Shown here piece by piece: positions 1 through 16,500 of a DNA stretch of 64,000 bases. The DNA is from Tubulanus polymorphus. Its lineage: Eukaryota; Animalia; Nemertea. Under the pieces are notes generated by a model. That model did no database searches. It was not told the origin of the DNA and saw only the letters and a program-made list of their open reading frames with translations. How positions within the stretch are numbered: position 1 is the first letter of the stretch; every line of letters starts with the position of its first letter. Location: assembly GCF_964204645.1 (NCBI RefSeq), contig NC_134025.1, positions 10,726,001 to 10,790,000 on the forward strand. Direction: 5' to 3'. The position numbers and the translations under genes are program-made.

Positions 1-583
1 AGTGAGTACTGGTGACACCAAGATGGCCGCCAATTGCGTCATAATAGGCTGATGAAAAATACCTGTCTGAGGTATAAAACATCCCTTTCCAAAGAGTACC
101 CATCACAAATTGCAATGAGAAATGGTAAACCAGTAGGAAGCTACAGGACTCAGAATTCGGGCAAAAATTAACATTTTTGGGCACTAAAAAGGTCATAGGA
201 CGGCCATCTTGAGTCCGACCGACCCAATTTTTGTTTCGTTGATGGGCCCTGGGGGGATTCATATATATCCGAAAGATCAAGGTAATTGATCGAAGCGTCT
301 TCAAAATTTCCCTCAAAAAGTTCAAAAATGTGTAAAAAGTGCTGATTTTGGCGAACAACAATGGCTGCCAGTCAGCCATCTTGATTCTGACAGGGCCAGT
401 TTTTGGGCTGAAGATGTGTCTAGGGTAGATACACGTGTAACCCAAATATCAAGACGTTACCTTGAAGCGTCTTCAAAACTTCCCAAAATAACTGGATTCC
501 GTCTACGGACGGACGAACGGACGGACGGACGAAAAGTGAACGCAATAGCCCGCTGGGACTAAAGTCCCAAAGTGGGCCAAAAA
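1..583 (+). mobile_element. Non-autonomous Helentron/HINE (DINE-1/pearl-like) element, 3' part
   Basis: Internal ~172 bp diverged tandem unit (GCCATCTTGA at ~203 and ~375; GAAGCGTCTTCAAAA at ~292 and ~464), then a (GGAC)n microsatellite at ~505-531, a stem-loop GCCCGC-TGGGACT-AA-AGTCCCA-AAGTGGGC at ~548-577 and an A-run. This order matches the known HINE architecture; the family assignment is inference. Confidence 0.55.
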
Positions 584-1076
584 TATTCTTGGTACCAACT
601 GTATCGATTAAGTGGTAGTTAACTGTAAAACTACGAACTACTAATTGCAACTTCTAATTGCCTTTATCTCGAAATTGAACGAGTTTTGGGCATTTTGTTC
701 AGATTAAAGGAGTTTCAAGCACTTTTAAAAGCATTTTCTGTTTTGAAGGAGTTTTTATGGAATCAACGAGTCATAGGGACCCTAGGCTTGACTTTCTTAA
801 TGATCATACAGCAATCATTTATTGAAAATGCGCCAAAATCTGTCTAGCTTTTTGCATTCTCCTTATCATCACCAGAAATAGCAATACATCTAAGACACAA
901 TACATTACACAGCAGCTGCATAATTTGCCTAGACAAACATTATGCAAGAACAATTTTCAGTGTTTTAACATCCTAAAGGAAACTAAACTATACCTTCATT
1001 TTCTTTAAATTTAAGAGATTGGAAAGAAATGTTTTCGTGGTGTATAATTATTAAAATTTAATAGTTCAATTCTCTA

Positions 1077-5496
<4,420 letters not shown>

Positions 5497-5775
5497 CTTG
5501 ACATTTACTTGCAACTGCTGTCTAGAGTCTAGAGAAGATAAAAAGAAGACATGATTTCACGATGCCGATGATGGCGATGCGATGGACTATCCCCTCCTCC
5601 GCAGTGGCGTTGGAAGTGCAGCCACTGCAGCGGCCAAAGCCGCGGCAATAATTTACTGAATGACGTTTTTTTTTATACCACGTTTTTAAAGAAATTTATT
5701 CAATTCGCTGCGGCAATATTAAGAATCTGACCAAAATTGGTATTTGGCCGCAGCAATAAATAAAACATTGCTTCC

Positions 5776-6033
5776 AACGAGAGAAATCCCACAATAACGA
5801 AGCCATGATTGAAAATTCGGCTATATCAGAATGATTATATTTGAGGAGCAACGTTTCGGCTAATACCTGTTAGCCATCATCAGGCGTACTGATGATGGCT
5901 AACAGGTGTTAGTCGAAACGTCACTCCTCAAATACAATCATTCTGATATAGCCGAATTTTCAATCATGGCTTCGTTATTGTGGGATTTCTTTCGTTATCA
6001 TCATACACGGATAGTGTGTATCTTCTCTCGTCT
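5776..6033. mobile_element. Fold-back Penelope-like (pLTR/retrozyme-type) element with hammerhead motifs, copy 1
   Basis: Near-perfect inverted repeat 5776-5996 with a 5 nt centre (GCGTA). Each arm reads CTGATGA-T-stem II-GAAACGT. The tail TACACGGATAGTGTGTATCTTCTC is shared with the copy at 34413. Confidence 0.7.
5884..5927 (+). ncRNA. Minimal type I hammerhead ribozyme motif
   Basis: CUGAUGA (5889-5895), U, stem II GGCUAAC/GUUAGUC, GAAA (5915-5918), palindromic ACGU stem III, predicted cleavage after C5922. A mirror motif is on the minus strand (5883-5850). Stem I pairing is weak. Confidence 0.55.
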
Positions 6034-6065
6034 AATTCTATTCAGTAAATAGTAATTCACTATCA

Positions 6066-6365
6066 GCCCATTGCTGAATTTGAGCTGAAAAAGAGCTGAA
6101 TTATGAGCGGAAAATGGACTGAAAATGAGCTGGAAATAAGCAGAAAATTGTGTGGCTGAAAACCAGCTGAAAAAAGGCGGAATTTATATATGTCTGAAAA
6201 TTCAGCTAGATTTCAGCTCTAATTACGCCTGGCAACAAAAGGCTGAAAATCAGCAGAAATATTGAAATATTTTCTGGCTGAAATTGAGCTGAAAAAGAGC
6301 TTAATTTGGTACTCCGCAGTGTTCTATTTCAGCTGATATTCAGCTCAATTTCAGCCTGAAATTCC
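6066..6365. repeat. Degenerate (GCTGAAAAT)-rich repeat with inverted sub-blocks
   Basis: Many GCTGAA/TTCAGC units in both orientations, e.g. GCTGAAATTGAGCTGAAAAAGAGCT occurring twice. Confidence 0.55.
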
Positions 6366-6717
6366 TAATACTTTAGAGTTGCATTATCATTAACGAAAAA
6401 AACTTCATTGTTTAAAGTTATGTTTGATTAATCCTACTTCAAAGTTCATGGAAGAAAGGAGTCCAAGATTAATTAGGTATAGTGATACTCCAATATACTT
6501 TGTTGATTGCTGCAGGGGAGATCCAGGCAATATTGCTTCTCCGACTCAATTCCAACGCGCCTGCTCCGTGCTTGTCAAAGGTAAACGGCACGGGCCTGTA
6601 CTACTTTTAGGGAGTATTCCTACAGTAGGCAACACAAAAAGTTCATGGACCAGCACAGATTTAAGCAGAAATACAGTAGTCAGTCACTTCTTACGGGTTA
6701 TAAATTCTTAATCTTAC

Positions 6718-7120
6718 CGGCTTCAAAGCGCCATGTGGATTTGTTTTGCTTCCGGGTTTTATAGAGACTGTTTCGGAAAGAGCAAAATATCAGCTGCCCA
6801 ATACCTGCAGTTTGGATCAACTTAAATTAATTGAAATCTTACACGCACTCATTCATCTAAATAGTGCTAAGATGAATAACGGAATATTGAATATTTATTA
6901 ATATAAATATTACTACACGTCATTTTCCGGTATATCACGAAAAACACTTCAAAAGGATTTAAGGGTTTTGATTTCACAAACTGTTTATCTTTGTCAACTC
7001 CAAGATGGCGCTTCGTGAAATAAATTGATATTTTCGTAATTTTTTTGGCTTTAAAAATCTAAATTACGAGGCCTTAATGCTGATAATCATATTAAATTTG
7101 ACTAGCTAAACGAATTAAGG
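6718..7120. promoter_or_regulatory. Bidirectional promoter and untranslated first exons of PRMT3 (minus) and HTATSF1 (plus)
   Basis: Divergent genes. Minus-strand donor CG|GTAAG at 6718/6717 and plus-strand donor AG|GTGAAT at 7119/7120. YY1-like CAAGATGGCG at 7001-7010; ETS-like TTCCGG cores at ~6750 and ~6925. Confidence 0.65.
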
Positions 7121-7572
7121 TGAATATATGCTATCTTAGGTTAAATAAGGACGGTTGTCGTTGAATGGTCGAGCCTTGAACTTAGAAAAGCATGCACACC
7201 AGTCGAAATCAAATTTTGTCAAATCAAATATGCTTGATGCCCCAATTCAATTAATTCGCTTTATTGAACCTGTCAGTTTATAACAACATAGAACTCAAAT
7301 CAATTTTGATTTGAGTTCTATGATTACAATTATCAAATCAGCAGAAACATGTCGATAATTCCACATTCCAGATGTTTTGACATGAGGACGTTTTGACCGT
7401 AATTCGATGCACCCACCAGTATTTTTTTTGGCCAATGAAATTCAGAAATCTGGTTGAGGTCACTTACTTTGCCTATGACATGTCGTTTTCTATCTAAAGG
7501 ATGATTGGTTGTCAACTCGAACTTCTTATCAACCGTAATAAGAAAGAATAATGCATCTCAATTGTTTTGTAG

Positions 7573-10500
7573 ATGACTGACGCTAATGACGATTTTAAGA
7601 AACAGTTGGAACAAGAAGAATTTGCACGTCAGCAAGATAATGAGAGCCGATCACAGACTTATACCGATAAAGATGGAACTGTTTTTGAATGGGATTCCGT
7701 GAAGAAGGCTTATTTCCCAAAGGTTAGCTTTGAACCAAAAATTTTTTTCGAAAATCGCTTTTAAACTTTGTACATAGTGGGTTTTAAACTTATCAGGCAT
7801 ATGAATTAATCTGTAGAACATGCATTTGTCTTACTTAAGATTATTAATTCATTACCATTTATTTCACCGCGCTTGATATCATTTTAATTTGGTAAATTTC
7901 ATTGGGCTGTAAGCACAGCTACTTAGGAAATATGAAGCCCAGTCTCTACTAGAGATATGGCATAGAACATCACAAGAATAGCACCCTTGTTTTTATCAAT
8001 CTTATAATATATATATAATATATAATTTTATTTTTCCATTTTGAATTATGATAATCGTACAAAGTAATACAAATACAAATAATTATAATCGAAATGGCTA
8101 TATATTCTTACTCTAAGTCCATGATATCAAACTCAGGACTTAGGCTAAGTCTAACTTTACACATGGCTGTAAATTCCAAACTGGAAATTTACTAGACATG
8201 ATTTTGTAATCTTATTTAACTGAGACCACTATGTTTCAGCTATTTACAATATCAGCCATCATCAGTTGGAAATCTAGTGCATGACTTCATATTCATCTTC
8301 AGTTGATACAGCTGTTTTACTTACCAGCCATGGCTGTAAATCCTTGTTAATTGAACAGTATTAGAATGAACTCAGATCAGACTTAAATTTAATCTTGATG
8401 TAATCTTGAAAGCTTTCCTGCTTTACAGGTGTATGAATTGTCTTTATATTTGTAGACTAGATAAGTCTATTTATCGAATTCATTGATACTTATTTAAGGA
8501 AATGAGAAAATTTTCTTCTTCGTACTTCAGATTGATGAGGATTTCATCGCCAATTACCAGCTGAACTTCGGGGTGTCCGAAACAGAGAAAGCCAAAAATA
8601 ATGGCAACACAGGTGGAGGGAATAGTAGTACTGCGCCGCAACAACAGGCGTCCAGTTCCGGCGAATCTTCGAATCAAAATTCCGAGTATACCTGGGACGA
8701 TTATTGTCGATATTATCAGTATTATTACGGTACGTTGCCGCCCGAGGCGTCGGAGTATTACGGAAAATATGATATGAGCGAATATTACGCACCCGAGGCG
8801 GCCGCGAACACGGCGAACGAAACGTCATCGGAAGACTGTCGGGAGAATAGCCAGGGAAGTTCGCAAGAAGAAAAAGTGAGCTCCGAACAAAATAAGAAGA
8901 ATGAAAAAGACGATGCAGCGAAAGCTGGCGATAAAAGGAAAAGACCTGAGGGTAAATAATGGATTAAAAAAAGACTAATCTATAGTGCTCATTCTTCTAA
9001 CTTTTTACTCTGGAATTATGTGTGCTATGTATAACTCAAAAGTAAATACCATAAAAGCAATGCAGTTTTGATTGTCATTTATCCACTTGATAACTCTAAC
9101 CAACTTTTGAACAACTTGCCCAAAACCTGTGTGCATGACATTGTCATCAGTTTGTGATTTGTTAAATTATTTGATTCAGCACTTGGGTTGAAGGGGGAAC
9201 TCTTCCTGCTCAGGTTTTTAAAAGTAGGGATTGTATTGTACAGACTATTAAGGACATTTAGGAAATTCAGTAATACCCCAGTATCTTGCAGTTTTTGTGC
9301 CTCATCGACGAGTCCACTTCTTCAGAAATTGATGCCTTGATTGCGAAATTGCCTGAATGATTGAAACGTTACTTGCAGGTTGGTTTAAAGTGGACGACGA
9401 GAAAAATACGAATGTCTATGTGAGTGGATTACCGTCCAATACGACCGAAGAGTCGTTTCTCGAACTGATGAGCAAATATGGCATGATAATGCACGATCCT
9501 TTCACCCGGAAACCGAAAATCAAACTGTACAAAGATGAAAATGGGGAGGTGAAAGGTGATGGCCGATGTTGCTTTATAAAGGTTTGTATTTAACTATTCA
9601 GTAAACTCTGTCTTATTCGGTTTGCACTGAGATTAAATATTTGATGTTTGACAGCTCACTGAATCGACAATCAGTAAAAAAGAAGGCGAAAACCTCTTAC
9701 TTTGTTAGGTTTCAATTTCCAAGTACTAAACATACAATGTACAGAAAATGGAGTAGGTGCGTGGACACGTAATGAATCAACATTATTCATTAACATTTCA
9801 TTAACAAGCATTTAATCAATTATGCTAGGTAGGCCTGCATCTCTGTGGCTAAAACAGATGAACCTACCCTAGGTATCACTCAGCATGTAACCTATCGCTA
9901 TTCTCGGGGAAGCATTTCAAGCTCATTTTGGAGCCTTCCACACTTCCCAGCCTCCCACACTATTCGTCTGTTGTCCATCGACCTGTGGACAGAATCTAGT
10001 TTTTTTTGGGGGGGAGGTTTCGATACGCTTTGATGTATGGTATTGGTTAATGTACGTGTCTATCTAGTTTTTTTGGGGGGAGGTTTTGATACGCTTTGAT
10101 GTATGGTATTGGTGAATGCACGTGTCTATCTAGTTTTTTTGGGGGGGAAGGTTTCGATACGCTTTGATGTATAGTATTGGTTAATGTACGTGACTATCTA
10201 CCCTAGTCGCATCTGCAGCCCTTAGATTGGAATAAAGAATCAAGATGGTCAGCTTGTGGCCAAGTTGTTGTTCAGCAAATCAGCACATTTTTGAAGTTTT
10301 CATTGGAAATTTTGGAGACGCACCCTAGTATATTTGCGACAGTGTATCTCTTGAACCGCTGTTATTTTGCAACACCATAGCTTAATTGCGGGATAGTTCC
10401 ATGATTTGCCGTTAGGTGTCGTATGCATTTTCTCATGTCCTTAAGCTACGATGTAGCTAATTTGTGATACCCTGACTACAAAGTAGAACTTGTTTGTTGC

Positions 10501-13500
10501 ACCGTTGCTTATTTGCACAATAGTTCATAACACTGTCAAAAGATGGCGCACTAGTAGGCTAACTTCAAACGTATTCATCAACAACAAAAACCAATGAAGA
10601 ATAGATTACTTCTGAATTGAAAGATAGTAATTCATGTAAATCTCTTAGGCCTAAGCATTTGTACTGCCTGTTTTTGTTTTTGCTTGAAATCGATGGATTA
10701 GATTGTGTTGATTTATTGATAATAAAGTGTTGAGTCTAAAATCGCAATTCAAACTGACGAATTTTCAAAAGCGCTTACTTTTGGAAAAATTTAGATTAGT
10801 CCAAACTTTCCAGATAAAATCCTGAAAGTGTTGAAAAAGTACTTTCTATTTTGGACTCGATGTCATCACAGAAAATTTCCGCAAATATTATCGTGATCTA
10901 TTGTGTCTTTCCAGTTGAAACTTGGTAAAAATCTATGAACGCTTACATCTTTCAAAAGAAATCTTAAAGGAGTAATGAAGAGTTTAAAAACAAATTTTCT
11001 TGACCACAAACTATCATCACAATAAGCTCATATTTTGATTGTGAAAGCATCTTCTTATTTCGTGGCTTAATCACTGATTTAGAAAAATGCTGGGAACTTG
11101 TCTTTGGATTCTGGAAAAAAGGCCAGACTTTTGCTTGAGTCTAATTGCTACAAACCCCTGATAGTTATCCTTGGGGGAGGGCGGAAATTGAGTTGAAGTT
11201 AAAAACTGGTCTATTAAATTGGTCCCTGCTTATTGATTTCAGAATGAATCTGTTGTGTTGGCATTGCAAATTCTGGATGGGTCGGACATTGAAGGCCACA
11301 CGATACACGTGGAACGCGCTCAGTTTCAACAGAAAGGTGAATATGATCCGACGAAAAAGAAGAAACTTTCCAACAAAATGAAAAAGAAGCTTAGACAACA
11401 ACAACAAAAGTAAGCAAGAAAAAAATATGACTCAAAATGAAGGAAGCCTATGAAGACTAATAAGTCTTGTCTAATATGCCCATCAACACCAGTGCTTTCT
11501 ATTTGTAACTAGACAGTTAAATGTTTGAATTATTCAAACCTGACTTTGACTACTATTTGAGGGTAACTTCTACTCTTTTCAATGGTCAATTACCGGTACT
11601 CCAAAAAATATCAAAATACTCTCAAAATTGTAAAAAGGTTTTTTAGTTCATTCTCAATTAAACTCCTATTGTGGTGATACAACTGACGCAAATTGTGGTG
11701 ATAACTAATACAAATGTAGAGACCGATGTAGTCAGGTTAGATAATTGTTTGGTTCATTTCTCTTTTAGATTGTTTGATTGGCGACCAGATAAACCATCGG
11801 GATTACGTCTCAAACATGAACGAATTGTGGTCGTAGCCAATGCTTTCGACAGCAAGTCTTTTGAGGTAAGTGTCGATAGATGTCATTCTCTACCTGTTGT
11901 GAAAAGTTTGCTTTATTGCAGTAGTATCGTAAAACAGCTGCTGGTTCCTGTTTTTGGGGCCAGTTATAATGGCAGGGTGGCCACCTTAGCTGGAAATCAG
12001 GGAAGATTCAAGGAATTTTCTTTTCTTTAAAACATCAGGGAGTAGTCAGGAAATTTTGTAAAAAAAGGCTAAAAATCAGGGAAATTTGTTGAGATTGCTA
12101 GATCGTGCATAAAATCAAACAGTTTCCGCCTATGTTTTACGTGTTTGACTGTTAATTGATTGGATTCTTAGCAGATCAGTCGGGGAATGTCCGCAACATG
12201 AATGCCACGGAATACCTGGTAGTCAGAGGAAGAAGCAAGTCAAATAAAAGTGGCCACCCTATACAAGGCAATTGCTTTAAGCCCGCTTAGTGGGGCATTT
12301 AAATAACGTATCTTCAGTCGTCCGATTTCAATGTGTTTCTGAACTCGAGTGATAGGTCTCTGCGCCCGTTTTGATTAGGCCTATGATGAAGTAGGATATT
12401 TTCGTCGTTATTCATGGTGGAACCCGAGGCAGCGTTGAATGTTGAAAGTCCGTCTCGGATAGGCCTAGTTCGTAAGGTACTAACTAACATTCAAATGTCA
12501 AATGAAATGGAAACTTATTTGCTGATTAACTGCGATGATTAAGCTAGTAGTATGCATGGTAGTACTACAGGCAAATATAACTGTTTTAATACCGAATATA
12601 TTGAGGTTATCTCAATATTGATACCTCAGCTTTTGCGCGGAATGCAGCGGAAAAGCGTACGAAGCATAGGAGCACGTTATCTCCCCTAATTCCGCCGTGT
12701 TAAGCGCTGTCTTAGAAGAAACTCGTCTCGCCTGAGCTGAAGCATTCGAGTTATCCGTCGAGAACAAGACTTCGTGTACTCTTTGAGCTTTGAACTTAAC
12801 ATCCATTTTGACAGACCTGCCCTCTCTATAGGCTAGTTTCTAGTCCTACCCATCCAAAACCATAAGGGCGTTCAAAATTAAGATGTCTCAAATGAACACT
12901 TCACATACCAGTAACTGGAATGTTATTCGTCAAGGCACTGACCTGTATATGCTTGTTTCCTCTCTGTCCCTAGAAGAAATTGGTTACAAAAGTTGGCTGG
13001 TTACTGTGTGTCACTTCTGCAGCTATTTCTGCAGAAATATCAGTTTTGAAAAACGCTTTCGCAAATTCGTGGTTTTTTTCGAAATTAGCGTAGTCGATAT
13101 GACGAAAATCGCATGATCAAGCAGACGATCAACCAACAACTTATTATTCCAAAGTTAATTTCCCATTCAATTCAACATAAGCTCCAGGGGCCGGTTGCAT
13201 AGTCATGGCTTAGACTTAAGACAAGTCTAAGACAAACTTAGTTCTATAGCCAGTGGAACACTTAAGACCGGTCTTAAGATTTAAGACCACTTTTGGACTT
13301 AAGTCTCGACTGTGCATCTGGCCCCAGTAGTTTAGCTGATTTTTAAAGAACATTTTCATCATCGGGCTGATGCTTAAAAGTTACTGTTTACCGATTTCTT
13401 CACTTGTTTTAGTGCATGTTGACGGATCGATCTGATTATGGACATTGTCTGTTGTTGCCTTGTTTTCTGTAAAGTCTCTGGTGCAAATTGGTTGACTGCT

Positions 13501-16500
13501 CATTTACAAAATGTGTTAATGTCTACTTGTTTTGTTCGGCGAATATTGTTGTTGAACCAGTTGACGAATGGACCTGATCGTAGACATCCTATGTTGTTTC
13601 CTTGAATTTAGTAGTCAAATTGGTCGACTGTACCCATGGACTCTAAAACGTTTTAGAGTCCATGACTGCACTAACATGTGATGTGATAATGCCTACTTTG
13701 TTTATGCTATGACGCTCAGTTTAAACATGAGCATTTTTGCCGGAGCCAAATTTGAGCACGGTTCTGATTATTGCGTGTGAATTGCAAATGGTTTCGGAAG
13801 TGTCTCACTTCGCTTGATTTAAGCATTGTTTACTATCGAGTGGAGGGTTTGCTTGTGAATGCGCGCTCTCTAATTAGGCACAGGCCAGATTTAACTGGGC
13901 TTTGATATGTTATGTTAAAATTGATAGGTTTCTTCCTTTCTTATTACTTGAGGAAATGTGAAATCATCATCAAAACAATACCACCTCTCTGGTCGGTAGG
14001 CTTTAATTTTAGAGCATGAAACTATCTCCCAACCGGATTCAGATGTTCAAAATTCTTGAATCTCTTTCGAAAGAGGCTTGCTCGTATATTCATTTGAGGG
14101 TGTTTGCGATATTTTTTCAGCAATTATCAACGCCCGATACTAGATAATGAAATTAATAACCAACATTTTTAATGTATTTAGTACAATTCAAAGAATTTTA
14201 TGTTTTACCATTTGCATACTATTTTGAATGTCATCCTAAAAAAGCGCTTATTCAATTTCATTATGACATAGAATTACCGGGTATTAGTACAAACTCTGAT
14301 TTTCAGCTCATATTCGATGAATTGCGAATTAGATTTTGCGTAGTTAGAAGAACGCTTCTTTGCTTTCAGTTGACCGGTTCGGCCGTTGTGTTTGTTTCAA
14401 ACGTAACGGCGGTTGCGATGGGGTCACTTTGTTATCATTTCATACGTAGGTAAATAGAGATCATCGTTGTTCACACAGACGAGGAATTTCGATAAATCCT
14501 TTCGGCGGCGCTGCGATCTATAATTTGCCGTGATGGACAGACGGATGAGTGAGTCGCGGGCCGTATAGCTATCGTAATATGCTAATCAAAATGTCACATA
14601 GGGTATGGCAACCAGAAGACGGTGATCACATCCGTTTGTTCGAGAGACAGTAGCTCGCCCCCTCGGGCTGTCTTCACTTTCTATATAATAGAGCAGATGA
14701 CAGCGATTATAATACGGAACGAGGCATATCATTGAGGCGCTATTCGCTGTCAATCAAACTAACGCTGATAACGGAGAGCACGCTCTTGTTTGAGGCGATC
14801 GTGATATGAAGGGTTCGTCATTTCTGTAACGAACCTGATCTGCAATGAACCCGATCTGCCACCAGTACCATTGCAAATTAGAAAAACCCCTTTTCGCTTT
14901 TTTTTTGATACCGGTATGTAACCAGAATCAAAATCTTAGACTTGAGTTTTGGTTTGGTTGAAATTTTTGGAAGTAAGATTTCCCCAACTATTGTTTTCAA
15001 TGTGTAGCCTTAACAAATGAACTACTGTATTTAAATATATGGAACAGTCATGATTAATTCAGGGTCACTAAGACTCCTTGATTCCTTGTAAATTCCTTCT
15101 AAACCAATAAGCTCCTCGAATATCCTTGAATTTGAGCAAAATGCCCAAAAGTTCTTGAAAACTCCTTGAATTTTGAGAAATTGGCATTTAGAAAATTGTT
15201 GGGTTTTAGGTCTAGTTATTATACACACAGATTATACCATATTAAATGGTTTACTAAGATAAACAGAGCAGATTTAGAAGGAATCTTATCTATAGTAATT
15301 GGGATATGAAAGTGATGCGTACACTTCCTCGAATTTTGAAATTTTTATCCTTCAAAAGTCCTTGAATTCTGGTACGACTAATCTGTAGATACCCTGTAAT
15401 TGACGATAGCTGTCATAAAGAAATTTATCCATAAGAGAATTGCATCTATAATCTTATGATTCATGTTGATGTTAGATATTGTTAATCTCATGAGTCGGCG
15501 GTGTTAATATCCTAAAATATAAGCGTCACGACCTGTATACGTCATTGAAGGGAAATGTTTGATGGTGACTTTGATTTGCTATGACGCATATTGGTTTAAA
15601 CTTATATGAATCTAATTGATGATGAAGTAAATCGTGTTTATTATTGTTATCAAACAAATACGTTGCCATGAGCCGTTACAATTCATTACCAATACATACA
15701 TGGAGTAAGGATCTACCCCCTGAATTCTGTAAAAATCATCTAAGTTAAATAAGACAATTTTTTATTCCTTTCAGTTTTCATTGCATGCAATAAACATGAT
15801 TTTTTTGTTATTTCCATCTTGATCAATCTTGTAGAGTAAGTTTCATTTCTGTTATTATTTGGATCGAATTCATCACAATTTTCACTCCTTCTTTTTTCTC
15901 TGCAATCCTTCCGAGATTTTACGTGGAAAGTAATCGAATAATTTTAAAAAAAATTGTATTTTGTCCCACTTTTTTTTCTTGAAAACATCCGTACTCCAGG
16001 TATTTAGTAAAAAAGGGCCTAATGAACCGGTAATGATTTTGAAAGTAAGTTTCAAATGTTTACAATGTGATGAATAAAGGTACAAAGGCCTATATGGATG
16101 TATTATAATCAGATATTTATGTAGTCCTAATGATATCTTTTGATATCTTTTCAGAGTCAATATCCACTGTTTAGCAGCTTTTTTGACGCCTTATAAAACG
16201 TTACCATTATGAAACCTAAACAATGCTAACCATTCAGCGTCATTTTACAAACGACAGCCGTAAATCGATGTGCAAAACGTCACAGGTTTATGTGTACACA
16301 AACAAGCTATCTGGCAAAATATTATTGACATAGATGTAGAATGGCTTCCTGTGATTATATAATGACCTATATTTGAACGTCGAAATGTTATATTGCATTG
16401 AATATCATTAGCAGAAATGTTATATTGCATTGAATATCATTAGAAGACGTACTGTAATAGTAAAGGATGTATGATAATATCAGAAGCGGCAGGCATAAAT

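Larger units (their letters stand above)
5602..6563 (+). mobile_element. Non-autonomous DNA transposon with 5 bp TSD, interrupted by nested insertions
   Basis: Ends CAGTGGCGTTGGAAG ... TTCCAACGCGCCTG, flanked by CTCCG at 5597-5601 and 6564-6568. An uninterrupted copy at 25886-26061 has TSD TTACA; a partial copy lies at ~19455-19572. Confidence 0.65.

Noticed and set aside
9995-10200. Regular repeats as a possible CRISPR array
   Set aside because: Head-to-tail units with no unique spacers; it is a minisatellite.
13650-13664. GTTTTAGAG resembling the start of a type II CRISPR repeat
   Set aside because: Single occurrence, half of a palindrome, no spacers, no cas genes, eukaryotic intron.
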